From: Sedimentisphaera cyanobacteriorum
GTDB taxonomy: Bacteria > Planctomycetota > Phycisphaerae > Sedimentisphaerales > Sedimentisphaeraceae
Assembly: GCF_001997385.1 (NCBI RefSeq)
Contig: NZ_CP019633.1
Location: 2,820,001 to 2,852,000 of the forward strand
Direction: 5' to 3'
Length of the DNA: 32,000 nucleotides
Shown here: positions 23,343 to 32,000 of the stretch, piece after piece
Position numbering within the stretch: position 1 is the stretch's first letter
Layout: the number at the start of each line of letters is the position of its first letter
Program-made: the position numbers and the translations under genes
The notes under the pieces: model-generated
Told to the model about the DNA's origin: nothing
The model's input: only the letters and a program-made list of their open reading frames with translations
Databases searched by the model: none

Positions 23343-24755
23343 TTAGTCTGCTCGAAGCTTCCTGTGAACGGCGTCTGCCATCAGCCGACCGGAATTTATC
23401 GCCTTCACAACAAGCGATGCGCCGGTTATGGTATCCCCTGAGGCGAATACGCTGTTCGAGCTGGTTTGGAAGTTATCCGTCTTTACGTTGCCCCGTTCGT
23501 CCAGCTCAAGCCCGAACTGATCCACGAGCCCGCTGTGGTCAACGTGCAGAAAACCCATCGCAAGCAGTATTAAATCAGCCTTCATTTCAAATTCTGATTT
23601 CTCTTCCATCTGCCATTTCCCGGCCTCGTCTTTCTTCCACTCAACGTTCGCGCACCGAAGGCCTGTAACTTTATGCCCGTCTCCGAGGATTTCCTTCGTG
23701 GCAACGCCCCACTTTCTCGAGCATCCTTCTTCCTGGCTTGTGGAGGTTCGCATAATCTGAGGCCAGAAAGGCCAAGGCTGATGCGCAGGCCTTGATTCAG
23801 ACGGCTTGGGCAGGATCTCAAACTGATGAACTTCCTTTGCTCCATGGCGGTTTGACGTGCCCACGCAGTCGCTTCCGGTATCCCCGCCGCCGATCACTAC
23901 GACCACTTTATCCTTCGCCGAAATAGCCTCTATTACAGGCTCCCCGCTGATAACCTTGTTCTGCTGGCTCAGCAGCTCCATAGCGAAGTGCACTCCGCCA
24001 AGCTGCCTTCCCGGAACTTTCAAATCACGAGGCACCCAGGCACCCATCGTAAGACACACTGCATCGTAATCCTTCTCAAGCTGTTCTGCTGTAATGTCTC
24101 TACCTGCATCAACGTTGGTTTTGATAATCACACCTTCTTCCAGAAGCTGATTTATCCTGCGGTCGATAACCCCTTTTTCGAGCTTGAAGTTTGGGATTCC
24201 GTATCGCAGCAGTCCGCCTAAAGCCGGCTCCTTCTCGAAAAGTGTTACGCTGTGCCCGGCTCTTGCAAGCTGCTGAGCGGCAGCGAGCCCCGCAGGCCCT
24301 GAGCCAACCACAGCAACCTTTCTGCCCGTTTTCTCTCGCGGAGGCAGAGGCCTTATCCAGCCCTTTTCAAAGCCGTGTTCAACAATCTGATACTCAATAT
24401 GCCGTATCGTTACCGGGTCATCCCGAAGACCGATTGTGCAGGCTGCCTCGCACGGGGCGGGGCATACAAGCCCTGTAAACTCAGGAAAATTGTTCGTGCT
24501 GTGCAGCACTCGGCAGGCCTCTTTCCAGTTTCCCTTGTAAACGTAATCGTTGAATTCAGGGATCCTGTTGCCCAGAGGGCAGCCGCAGCCGTGGCAGAAA
24601 GGAACGCCGCAGTCCATACATCTGGCTGCCTGATTTTTGAGCTCATCCGGCGTAAGCGGAACCATAATTTGATTGTAGTCTTTAACGCGCTCTTCAGCAG
24701 GGCGGTGCCCTTCTTCTTTGCGCTTATACTGCATAAATCCAGTTGGATTACCCAT
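23343..24755 (-). CDS. gltD: Glutamate synthase (NADPH) small subunit
   Basis: Motifs: MGNPTGFMQYKR..., Fe-S Cys clusters CMDCGVPFCH and CPAPCEAAC, and the dinucleotide fold VAVVGSGPAGLAAAQQLARAGH. Start set at ATG 24755, preceded by GGAGG. It overlaps the gltB stop (ATGGGTAA). The track start at 24803 lies inside gltB. Confidence 0.9.
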   Translation of the reverse strand: MGNPTGFMQYKRKEEGHRPAEERVKDYNQIMVPLTPDELKNQAARCMDCGVPFCHGCGCPLGNRIPEFNDYVYKGNWKEACRVLHSTNNFPEFTGLVCPAPCEAACTIGLRDDPVTIRHIEYQIVEHGFEKGWIRPLPPREKTGRKVAVVGSGPAGLAAAQQLARAGHSVTLFEKEPALGGLLRYGIPNFKLEKGVIDRRINQLLEEGVIIKTNVDAGRDITAEQLEKDYDAVCLTMGAWVPRDLKVPGRQLGGVHFAMELLSQQNKVISGEPVIEAISAKDKVVVVIGGGDTGSDCVGTSNRHGAKEVHQFEILPKPSESRPAHQPWPFWPQIMRTSTSQEEGCSRKWGVATKEILGDGHKVTGLRCANVEWKKDEAGKWQMEEKSEFEMKADLILLAMGFLHVDHSGLVDQFGLELDERGNVKTDNFQTSSNSVFASGDTITGASLVVKAINSGRLMADAVHRKLRAD

Positions 24756-27700
24756 TATACACCTCCTCAGTTGCAGGAGCGTTATCGTTTTGTCTTTGTT
24801 CACGTTCTCTGATTCTCTCGAGCGCCTTGCGGTAGTCCACAGGCATCACTTTCACAAACCTGCCCACCATATCGCGCCAAGATTTCAGAATCCACTCAGC
24901 CCTTTCCGAGCCGGTTTCCTCGTAATGCTTTGTGATCAGGTTGTAGAGCGTTTGCTTATCTTCCTGATGGTGCACAAATTCGATATCCACCATATCAAGG
25001 TTGCATCGGGTGTCGAAGAGCTGGGCTTCATCGAAAACGTATGCAATACCGCCGCTCATGCCCGCAGCGAAGTTGCAGCCTGTTTTCCCCAGCACTGCCA
25101 CCATCCCGTTTGTCATATACTCGCATCCGTGATCGCCCACGCCTTCAACCACCGCGGTTGCACCGCTGTTTCTCACGCAGAACCTCTCGCCGGCAACGCC
25201 GTTGATAAACACTTCTCCGGCGGTAGCTCCGTAGAGCAGCGTATTGCCCGCTATTATATTCTCGTGCGGGATAAACGGCGAGCCTTCAGGCGTTTTAACG
25301 ATAATCCTTCCGCCTGAGAGCCCTTTGCCGAGGTAGTCGTTTGCATCGCCTTCAAGCCTGAGCGTTATCCCCTTGGTTAAGAATGCCCCGAAGCTCTGTC
25401 CGCCCGAGCCGGAGATGTTGAAGGTTATGGTGTTGTCTTTTAAGCCTCCAAGCCCCCATTTCTTCACAACTCTATTACTGAGGATAGTTCCAAGCGTTCT
25501 GTTCTGCGTTACGGTTTTGCAGCTTTTAACCACAGGCTTGCCGGTTTCTATTGAATCCTTCACCATCTCAATCAGCTCCCAGTCGCTGTGGCCTTTGAGC
25601 TTGTCAGTCTGCCTTTTCGTGAGGCTTATGTCGGTGTTGAAAGGCTCTGCTTTGTAGAATATCTTCGATAGGTCCACACCCTTGGCCTTCCAGTGTTCGA
25701 CGGCCTCGTTCATTTCAAGAAGGTCGCACCGTCCTATCACCTCTTCAAGGGTCTTTGCCCCGAGCTTTGCGAGAATCTGCCTTACCTCTTCTGCAGCAAA
25801 CATCATATAGTTCACAAGATTCTCCGGCCTGCCTATAAAGCATTTTCTAAGCTCCGGGTCCTGCGTTGCTATTCCCGCAGGGCACGTTCCCAAATGGCAT
25901 TTCCTCATAACAAGGCAGCCGAGGCTGACAAGCGCGCTGGTGCCGAAGCCGTACTGGTCTGCGCCGAGCATCGCTGCTATCACTACATCCCTTCCGGTTC
26001 GAAGCTGCCCGTCAGTCTGCACTCTTATCCGGTCTCTAAGCCCGTTCAAAACGAGGGTCTGCTGGGTTTCGGCTAATCCGAGCTCCCATGGAGCGCCTGC
26101 GTACTTTATCGACGAGAGCGGAGTTGCTCCGGACCCGCCGTCCCCGCCGCTGATAAGCACCTCGTCTGCATTGCCCTTTGCAACGCCCGCTGCTACTGTA
26201 CCCACGCCCACTTCTGATACCAGCTTCACGGAGACCTTTGCTTCCGGGTTGCTGCATTTGAGGTCGTAGATGAGCTGGGCGAGGTCTTCGATTGAGTATA
26301 TATCGTGGTGCGGAGGGGGCGATATCAGCGACACCCCGGGCATCGAATTACGAAGCTTGGCTATCTCCTCGGTTACTTTTTTGCCGGGCAGGTGTCCGCC
26401 TTCGCCCGGCTTTGCACCCTGAGCCATCTTGATTTGTATTTCTTTTGCATGGGCGAGGTAGTTTATCGTAACGCCGAACCGCCCGCTGGCAACCTGCTTA
26501 ATCTTGCAGTTCTTATCGTCTCCGTTCTCATCGAGCTGGTATCGCTTTGGGTCTTCCCCGCCTTCGCCGGTGTTGCTCATTCCGCCTATTCTGTTCATCG
26601 CTATGGCGAGGCATTCATGCGCTTCTTTGCTTATAGACCCGTGGCTCATTGCTCCCGTGCAGAATCTGGCTGCGATTTTCTCCGCCGGCTCTACCTCGGA
26701 TATATCAATCGGCTCAGCCTTCTTGAATTTAAAAAGCGAGCGAATTGTGCAGAGATTGCGGTCGTTCTCGTTTACTTCCTTTGCAAAATCTTCATAAGCT
26801 TCCTTGTCATTGCTCATTACTGCATGCTGAAGCCTTGTAATAGCTTTTGGAGTCCAGCCGTGTTTCTCATCCTGAAGGCGGTAGTGATAGTCTCCGCCAA
26901 ATTCAATCTCCGGCTGGGACAGGTCTGGCTTAAAGGCCTTCCTGTGCTTTTCTATGGTTTCCCTGGCAATATGTTCCAGCCCCACACCTTCAATGCGTGA
27001 GTCTGTACCGCAGAAGTATTTATCCACCATCTCGCTGTTTAGCCCTACCGCTTCATAGAGCTGGGCAGACCTGTAGCTCCTTATCGTGGATATCCCCATC
27101 TTGCTCATTGTTTTGAGGATGCCTTTCTTAAAAGCGCTGATCAGGTTGTCCAGAAGCTGGCCTGTAGGGAGCTTCTCGGAGAATTCTCCCGTCCTGCTGA
27201 ACATCCCTACAGCCTCAATCATAAGATACGGGTTCACAGCATCCGCTCCGTAAGCGCTGAGCAGACAGAAATGATTCACTTCACGCGGCTCGCCGCTTTC
27301 AAGAACAATTGCCGCCTGACCGCGGAGCTTCCGCTTGAGCATCCCGTGATGCGCAGCGCTTACCGCAAGCAGAGCAGGAATCGGGGCGAGGCTCTCGCTT
27401 ACGCCCTTATCGCTTATTATGATAATCGAGGCATCCTCCTGCCTGATTGCGTTTTCTATATCGTCTATAAGCTTATCCAACGCTTCAGACAATGCTCTTC
27501 CCGGGTCTTCTGACTTCGCATCAAAAACTGCCTCCACAGTTGAGACAACAAAATCCTCTCTGCTCGCCTTTCGAAGCATATTCATATCATCGTTGGTAAC
27601 CAGAGGGTGAGGCAGGCGAACCTGCTTGCAGTGTTTCGGGTCTTCGCTGAGCAGATTCCTCTTTCGCCCGATATACTGCATCGTTGACATTACCAGCCCC

Positions 27701-29292
27701 TCACGCATTGGATCGATCGGCGGGTTGGTAACCTGAGCGAATCTCTGCTTGAAGTATGTAAACAGGCTCTTGGGCATATCCGAGAGAAACGAAAGGGCGG
27801 CATCGTTGCCCATAGAACCCACCGGCTCCTGGCCGTTCAGCGCCATCGGCTCGATTACCATCTTGAATTCTTCCTTAGTATAGCCGAAGCATCGGAGCTG
27901 CTGATAGGTGTCTTCCGGGTTCACCTCGGCAATCCCCGAACAGGCACTGAAAAGCCCGCGGAGTTCGATTCTGTTGTTTGCGAGCCATCTGCCGTACGGG
28001 TGCGCTCTGGATATGTTGCTCTTTATTTCGTTGTCTGTGATTATCCTCTTTTCTTCTGTGTCAACCAGGAACATCTTTCCGGGCTGAAGCCTTCCCTTGG
28101 TGCGAATCTTTTCCGGAGCGAATTCAATCACCCCAACCTCGCTCGCCATTATCACGGTGTTCTCTTCGGTTACCACATACCTGCACGGACGGAGCCCGTT
28201 TCTGTCGAGAGTCCCGCCGAGAACTTTACCGTCTGTAAATAGAATTGCAGCAGGACCGTCCCACGGCTCCATAATTGAGGCGTGGTATTCGTAAAACGCC
28301 CGCTTGTACGTGCTCATGTGATACTGCAGCCCGAATGCCTCAGGCACCATCATCATAAGCGAATGAGGCAGAGACCTGCCCGTTCTGCCCAGAAGCTCGA
28401 GACAGTTGTCGAAGGTCGCAGAGTCGCTGGCGTCTTCCTCCAAAACAGGGAACAGGTCTTTGATGTCCTCCCCGTAGTATTCCGATTCCATCGCATACTC
28501 ACGCGCCTTCATATTGTTCCGGTTTCCGTGGAGCGTGTTTATTTCGCCGTTGTGGCACATATACCGGAATGGCTGGGCGAGCGGCCAGCTCGGGAAGGTG
28601 TTGGTGCTGTATCTCTGATGAACCACAGCGATGGAAGTTTTCATCCGCTCATCGCTAAGCTCGGGGTAGTAGCTGAAGAGCTGATGAGCCATAAACATTC
28701 CCTTATAGCAGATCGTGCTGCACGAAAGACTGCATATATAGAAATCATTGCCTATATCCGCAAACCTGCTCTTTACAGAGTTCTCAGCTCTGCGTCTTGC
28801 AAGGTATAGCTTCCTTTCATACTCTTCACCAGAGTAATCGGCCTCGAGAAAAACCTGCATCACTTCAGGCTCTGCTGAAAGGGCGATATCTGCAAGTGAG
28901 TCCCTGCATACAGGAACATCCCTCCAGCCGGATATCTTTATACCGCAGGAATCAAGAGATTTCGAAAGTATCTCGCAGCATGCATTTCTCTTGGCTTCAT
29001 CTTTAGGCAGAAAAATCATTCCAGCTGCGAATCTGGATTCTTCTGCAATATTGAAGCCTGCGATTTCCTTGAAAAAGCCATACGGAATCTGCATAAGAAT
29101 ACCTGCCCCGTCCCCTGTAACCTCATCTGCCGCTGCTGCGCCGCGGTGATGGAGATTAAGCAGAATCTTCTTGGCATACTCTACTATCTTATGCTCTCGC
29201 TGGCCGTCTATATTGGCCACAGCCCCAACGCCGCAGTTCTCGTGCTCATGCCGGGCGGAGTAAAGGCCTTGGTCTTCAGGAAAGTTGTTCAT
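24748..29292 (-). CDS. gltB: Glutamate synthase large subunit
   Basis: A 1514-aa protein. The N-terminal amidotransferase has the processing site HENCGVGAV. FMN/Fe-S central and GXGXG C-terminal domains are recognisable, for example SGGDGGSGATP and GNTLLYGATAGEVFINGVAGERF. Confidence 0.95.
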   Translation of the reverse strand: MNNFPEDQGLYSARHEHENCGVGAVANIDGQREHKIVEYAKKILLNLHHRGAAAADEVTGDGAGILMQIPYGFFKEIAGFNIAEESRFAAGMIFLPKDEAKRNACCEILSKSLDSCGIKISGWRDVPVCRDSLADIALSAEPEVMQVFLEADYSGEEYERKLYLARRRAENSVKSRFADIGNDFYICSLSCSTICYKGMFMAHQLFSYYPELSDERMKTSIAVVHQRYSTNTFPSWPLAQPFRYMCHNGEINTLHGNRNNMKAREYAMESEYYGEDIKDLFPVLEEDASDSATFDNCLELLGRTGRSLPHSLMMMVPEAFGLQYHMSTYKRAFYEYHASIMEPWDGPAAILFTDGKVLGGTLDRNGLRPCRYVVTEENTVIMASEVGVIEFAPEKIRTKGRLQPGKMFLVDTEEKRIITDNEIKSNISRAHPYGRWLANNRIELRGLFSACSGIAEVNPEDTYQQLRCFGYTKEEFKMVIEPMALNGQEPVGSMGNDAALSFLSDMPKSLFTYFKQRFAQVTNPPIDPMREGLVMSTMQYIGRKRNLLSEDPKHCKQVRLPHPLVTNDDMNMLRKASREDFVVSTVEAVFDAKSEDPGRALSEALDKLIDDIENAIRQEDASIIIISDKGVSESLAPIPALLAVSAAHHGMLKRKLRGQAAIVLESGEPREVNHFCLLSAYGADAVNPYLMIEAVGMFSRTGEFSEKLPTGQLLDNLISAFKKGILKTMSKMGISTIRSYRSAQLYEAVGLNSEMVDKYFCGTDSRIEGVGLEHIARETIEKHRKAFKPDLSQPEIEFGGDYHYRLQDEKHGWTPKAITRLQHAVMSNDKEAYEDFAKEVNENDRNLCTIRSLFKFKKAEPIDISEVEPAEKIAARFCTGAMSHGSISKEAHECLAIAMNRIGGMSNTGEGGEDPKRYQLDENGDDKNCKIKQVASGRFGVTINYLAHAKEIQIKMAQGAKPGEGGHLPGKKVTEEIAKLRNSMPGVSLISPPPHHDIYSIEDLAQLIYDLKCSNPEAKVSVKLVSEVGVGTVAAGVAKGNADEVLISGGDGGSGATPLSSIKYAGAPWELGLAETQQTLVLNGLRDRIRVQTDGQLRTGRDVVIAAMLGADQYGFGTSALVSLGCLVMRKCHLGTCPAGIATQDPELRKCFIGRPENLVNYMMFAAEEVRQILAKLGAKTLEEVIGRCDLLEMNEAVEHWKAKGVDLSKIFYKAEPFNTDISLTKRQTDKLKGHSDWELIEMVKDSIETGKPVVKSCKTVTQNRTLGTILSNRVVKKWGLGGLKDNTITFNISGSGGQSFGAFLTKGITLRLEGDANDYLGKGLSGGRIIVKTPEGSPFIPHENIIAGNTLLYGATAGEVFINGVAGERFCVRNSGATAVVEGVGDHGCEYMTNGMVAVLGKTGCNFAAGMSGGIAYVFDEAQLFDTRCNLDMVDIEFVHHQEDKQTLYNLITKHYEETGSERAEWILKSWRDMVGRFVKVMPVDYRKALERIREREQRQNDNAPATEEVYNG

Positions 29293-29643
29293 TCTGTCCC
29301 CCGAAAATAAAGGTTAAAAGCAATTGGGATTTACATGGTTCTTCAAACCATCCCATCAGCGCATACAATTCCCGTGCCACCTAACTAACCTTACGCTGGT
29401 TAATGCTTGCCAGTTTTTGAATAAATTCCATTCAAAGAAGGCTTGAATCATCTCTATGCAGGCATCAATGCCTTTTTTAAGCCCTTATGAGTTCTCTGAG
29501 GCGTGAATTAGCGGTTCAAAAAACACAGTCCCTGCATTTGCTTTGAGTGCATAAGGGAAGACTGCTTGGCGGTTTTATACAAAAACGTAGATTGACCGCC
29601 CGATTGAGTTACAAAAATGTACCTGCCTACAATTTTGAAATGC

Positions 29644-29955
29644 TTAAGGTGTCTCGTTTTTGTTATTGGAGGTCTCGGATGTCTCAGAGCTCTCTTCACT
29701 GCCGGCCTGTACGCTCTGCCCATCTTTTTCTTCGAGCATTTTATTGATTCTGTCCCGCATCATTCTGAGGGCCTGCTCGCCGTGTTCTGAGGCTGCTGAT
29801 TTAACCGTTGATGATATGTTTTCAATGCTTTCTGTGAGGTTTTGGTTTTTCCCCTCCGCTGCGCCGTCCTTATCAAGGCTGTACACTGCTGTAAGGTAGC
29901 CTGCAATAAACATCGCAAGGCTCAGAAGCAGGGTTTTGATAATTTTGCCTTTCAT
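29644..29955 (-). CDS. Hypothetical small membrane-anchored or secreted protein with an acidic/Ser-rich tail
   Basis: ATG 29955 has a strong RBS (AGGAG). The N-terminus MKGKIIKTLLLSLAMFIAGYLTAV is signal-anchor-like. No motif recognised. Confidence 0.5.
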   Translation of the reverse strand: MKGKIIKTLLLSLAMFIAGYLTAVYSLDKDGAAEGKNQNLTESIENISSTVKSAASEHGEQALRMMRDRINKMLEEKDGQSVQAGSEESSETSETSNNKNETP

Positions 29956-30041
29956 ATTTGCTCCTATGCGCAAAGAAAAATGAGGACAGCTTACAGCTTA
30001 TCCTCTGAAATCTATCTTTACCCGTTTTAAGAAAAGATTGA

Positions 30042-30215
30042 TTAAAGTGCGCGGGTGGGCTTGCGCTTATTCCGGCGGCGGTTCTTCTCAGATGGTTTTT
30101 CGTAGTAGCTGTGGCGCTTCATATCACGGATGAGCCCCTCTTTTTCGCACATCTTCTTGAATCTCTTAACCATCTGCTGAACTGATTCGCCAGCCCTCGC
30201 TTTAACTTTGATCAT
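30042..30215 (-). CDS. rpsU: 30S ribosomal protein S21
   Basis: Hand translation of the reverse strand gives MIKVKARAGESVQQMVKRFKKMCEKEGLIRDMKRHSYYEKPSEKNRRRNKRKPTRAL*, 57 aa. That is too short for the 60-aa ORF track. It has the classic S21 pattern (RFKK.CEK.G...........YEKPSE+.R). Confidence 0.9.
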   Translation of the reverse strand: MIKVKARAGESVQQMVKRFKKMCEKEGLIRDMKRHSYYEKPSEKNRRRNKRKPTRAL

Positions 30216-30397
30216 ATAAATCTTTTCCTTTCAATCTAACGGAAATACTAAAAAATAAACTTCAGATATAAACTGAGAACGACGATTTATAAATCATATT
30301 CATAAAAAATCAAGCTTTTTCTGCTGCTCAGCGTAATTTTTTCACTAATCAATTGTTTTTGCCCCATTTTACGCAGCGAAAATATTTTTCATATTAC

Positions 30398-30426
30398 AGT
30401 ACCGCCCGCTGTGGCGGACCCGCTAA
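30398..30426. repeat. Solo arm related to the R2 inverted repeats
   Basis: AGTACCGCCCGCTGTGGCGGACCCGCTAA resembles the reverse complement of the 3' arm at 16795-16831. Confidence 0.6.
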
Positions 30427-30454
30427 TTATTCATTGCGAAATAATTTCACGCAC

Positions 30455-30569
30455 CACAGCGGAGCGACGCAAGTCGCCCGCTAAGCTTACGCTCCGAAAA
30501 GATTTCCCGTGTGCCGTCGGTTCTTCACGTTTCGCTTCGTTAGCGGGGCACTTGCGTGCCTCCGCTGTG
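30455..30569. repeat. R2 hairpin element, second copy (different arm sequence, same architecture and spacer motif)
   Basis: The 5' arm is CACAGCGGAGCGACGCAAGTCGCCCGCTAAGC (30455-30486). The 3' arm is CGTTAGCGGGGCACTTGCGTGCCTCCGCTGTG (30538-30569). The spacer contains GTTCTTCACGTTTCGCT. Confidence 0.75.
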
Positions 30570-30729
30570 TCCCCCCGGTTCTTCAGCCATTCCCTCCATT
30601 CTTCCGCTGTTCGTATCCATGAAATCCTCATATACTGGGGACTAATCACGACTGAGCACGAAAAAACACTTGAAGAGCCTCGCAAAATTAAAAAATCTCA
30701 TCTTTTCGCTGTTTTAACAGCTTTTAAAC

Positions 30730-30758
30730 TTGAAACTCGCCCCTGGATTTGCTAAATT
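30730..30758 (+). promoter_or_regulatory. Sigma-70-like promoter candidate for the secreted-protein genes
   Basis: TTGAAA (30730-30735), a 17-nt spacer, then TAAATT (30753-30758). This would give a leader of about 190 nt before the ATG at 30956. Confidence 0.3.
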
Positions 30759-30955
30759 AAATCCTGTAGTATTCTTTTCGCAAGCGTATTGCGGGAAGAA
30801 TGCTGAAATTGAGTATCCGGCTTTGAGCCCCTGCTTAGCTGCCTAACAGGGAATCGGGTTGTGATATTCGGTTTCAAATCTAAAACTTTATTTTTGTATC
30901 GGGGCACGGTGCCCCGGGAAAAAGAATTACTAATTTTTATGGAAAGGTTTTTCAA

Positions 30956-31738
30956 ATGAAAAATTGTTTCTTTGCATTGCTCGCAGTTGCTGCTGTTGCT
31001 ATGGCAGGGTCGGTTACATTCGATGCTGTTGATAACGGCGACGGCACTGCAACTATCAGCTACACAGCGGATGCTGCTGTAGTAGGGTTCGCTCTGGATG
31101 TTGATTCAGACGTGAGCGTAACTGACGTTACTATTCCTTCATTCTTCGATGTTTTCATGGACTACGCCAACGAAGAGGGCGAAAGCTATGTTTACGGCGA
31201 AGGCAGCCCGATCGCTTATCAGGACGCTGCAGGCACTAATGCTCTGCCATGCGTTTCTTTCTGCATAAGTGCCGGCGGTCTTGAAGACGACGAAACAGAC
31301 GTACCTTCTACTTCTGGCGACATCGTTGTAACTACAGGTGGCGCGGCAACCGTTACACTTGGCGAAAATGCTCTCCGCGGCGGCGTTGTTGATTATGATG
31401 GTGCTATGGACACTAACCTGCCCATCACTTTCGATATCACCGACGGCGGCGGCGAACCAATTTGCTACGGCGACATCTGGGACGGTGGCGAAGGCGCTCC
31501 TGGTTCAGACGGACAGATCGACACTGCAGATATGAACTATCTGATGCAGCAGCTTGGTATGGCTGGAGCACCTTATGTTATCGCTGACCCCGCAGCTCAA
31601 GGAATTGAAGCAGCCGATATGTGGGATGGATCTAATGGAGAGCCCGGACAGGATGGCCAAGTTGATACTGCTGATATGAACTATATGATGCAGCAGCTTG
31701 GTATGGCCGGCGCACCTTACGTTATCCCATGCGAGTAA
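30956..31738 (+). CDS. Secreted protein with a beta-rich N-terminal domain and two C-terminal dockerin-like (Ca-binding loop plus helix) repeats
   Basis: Signal peptide is MKNCFFALLAVAAVAMAGS. The two repeats are DIWDGGEGAPGSDGQIDTADMNYLMQQLGMAGAPYVI (31472-31582) and DMWDGSNGEPGQDGQVDTADMNYMMQQLGMAGAPYVI (31616-31726). Confidence 0.7.
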   Translation: MKNCFFALLAVAAVAMAGSVTFDAVDNGDGTATISYTADAAVVGFALDVDSDVSVTDVTIPSFFDVFMDYANEEGESYVYGEGSPIAYQDAAGTNALPCVSFCISAGGLEDDETDVPSTSGDIVVTTGGAATVTLGENALRGGVVDYDGAMDTNLPITFDITDGGGEPICYGDIWDGGEGAPGSDGQIDTADMNYLMQQLGMAGAPYVIADPAAQGIEAADMWDGSNGEPGQDGQVDTADMNYMMQQLGMAGAPYVIPCE

Positions 31739-31788
31739 CTAAGGTTTATTAACTATTAACTAAAAGTTTTATATTAGGAGTTTCTAAA

Positions 31789-32000
31789 ATGAAAAAATTT
31801 GTATTATTGTCTGCAATTCTCGTTGCAACTGTGGCTTTCGGTGCTGCGAGCTGGGATATTACAGGCGGCTCTTGGAATGAAAGCCTTCAGGCATGGGATA
31901 TTGTTCAGGGTGCAACAGTTACACTGACTTTGTCTGATGATGCTACTATTAATGGTGGCGGAATGTCTTTTGTTGGTACAATAGAAGACGGCGACTATGT
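31789..32000 (+). CDS. Secreted hypothetical protein, 3'-truncated by the window end
   Basis: ATG 31789 is preceded by AGGAG (31776-31780). The translation is MKKFVLLSAILVATVAFGAASWDITGGSWNESLQAWDIVQGATVTLTLSDDATINGGGMSFVGTIEDGDY... It is open to the window end and is absent from the ORF track because it has no stop. Confidence 0.55.
   Translation, partial: MKKFVLLSAILVATVAFGAASWDITGGSWNESLQAWDIVQGATVTLTLSDDATINGGGMSFVGTIEDGDY

Noticed and set aside
29460-29478. Hairpin AGGCA-TCAA-TGCCT followed by T6 on the + strand, in the gltB upstream region.
   Set aside because: It is terminator-like only on the + strand, where no gene ends. On the - strand (the gltB leader) the U-run would come before the stem. 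It could belong to an unannotated + strand sRNA, but there is no other support.
30840-30920. Cobalamin-riboswitch-like string AACAGGGAATCGGGTTGTGATATTCGG upstream of the secreted-protein gene.
   Set aside because: It only loosely resembles the AGGGAA...GGTG.AA.TCC region. No B12 box (GCCACTG) is present, and the downstream gene has no link to cobalamin.
1-32000. tRNA, rRNA, transposase, integrase and reverse transcriptase genes.
   Set aside because: I scanned for T-loop-like GGTTCGAATCC-type motifs and for characteristic protein motifs in the ORF track and found none. A tRNAscan or Infernal run would be needed to be certain.

Overview
This is a 32-kb bacterial chromosomal window of mid-range GC. 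As a low-confidence guess it comes from a PVC-group glycan degrader (Phycisphaerae, Lentisphaerota or Kiritimatiellota-like).

**Left 9.4 kb, + strand, carbohydrate and central-metabolism block:**
- a 5'-truncated GH105/YteR-like hydrolase fused to a DUF4861-like domain
- a Tat-signal sulfatase
- a GH43 with a C-terminal lectin-like domain
- GTP-dependent PEP carboxykinase
- a DUF5060/GH5-like hydrolase

**Right 14 kb, mostly - strand, housekeeping:**
- an RluD-like pseudouridine synthase
- a split short-chain chromate-transporter pair
- an ABC-F ATPase
- QueA, GltD and GltB
- a small membrane-anchored protein
- ribosomal protein S21, which is below the 60-aa cut-off of the ORF track
- two + strand secreted proteins, one with dockerin-like tandem repeats

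**Accessory island, about 9.5-17.6 kb.** It is bracketed by two same-orientation copies of a composite intergenic repeat built from 9-nt tandem units. It contains two notable parts.
1. A stand-alone NRPS-like A-T-TE enzyme. Its thioesterase has Cys instead of Ser in the nucleophile motif (GWCFGG). The thioesterase is also split after the catalytic Asp into two ORFs that overlap as ATGA, right after an A6 run.
2. An array of degenerate RHS/YD-repeat fragments. Each carries a 156-nt hairpin-rich element whose two ends pair, inserted in frame. The element is flanked by GTATGC direct repeats in the two RHS-embedded copies, and on its left side only in the third. The fragments delimit two AT-richer cassettes: a KilA-N protein, and a complete AbiEi/AbiEii toxin-antitoxin operon with its own palindromic promoter region.

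A second family of long-inverted-repeat hairpin elements occurs at 16.7 kb and 30.4 kb.

I could not recognise any rRNA, tRNA, CRISPR array, transposase, integrase or reverse transcriptase. All homology calls come from reading motifs in the translations, not from database searches.
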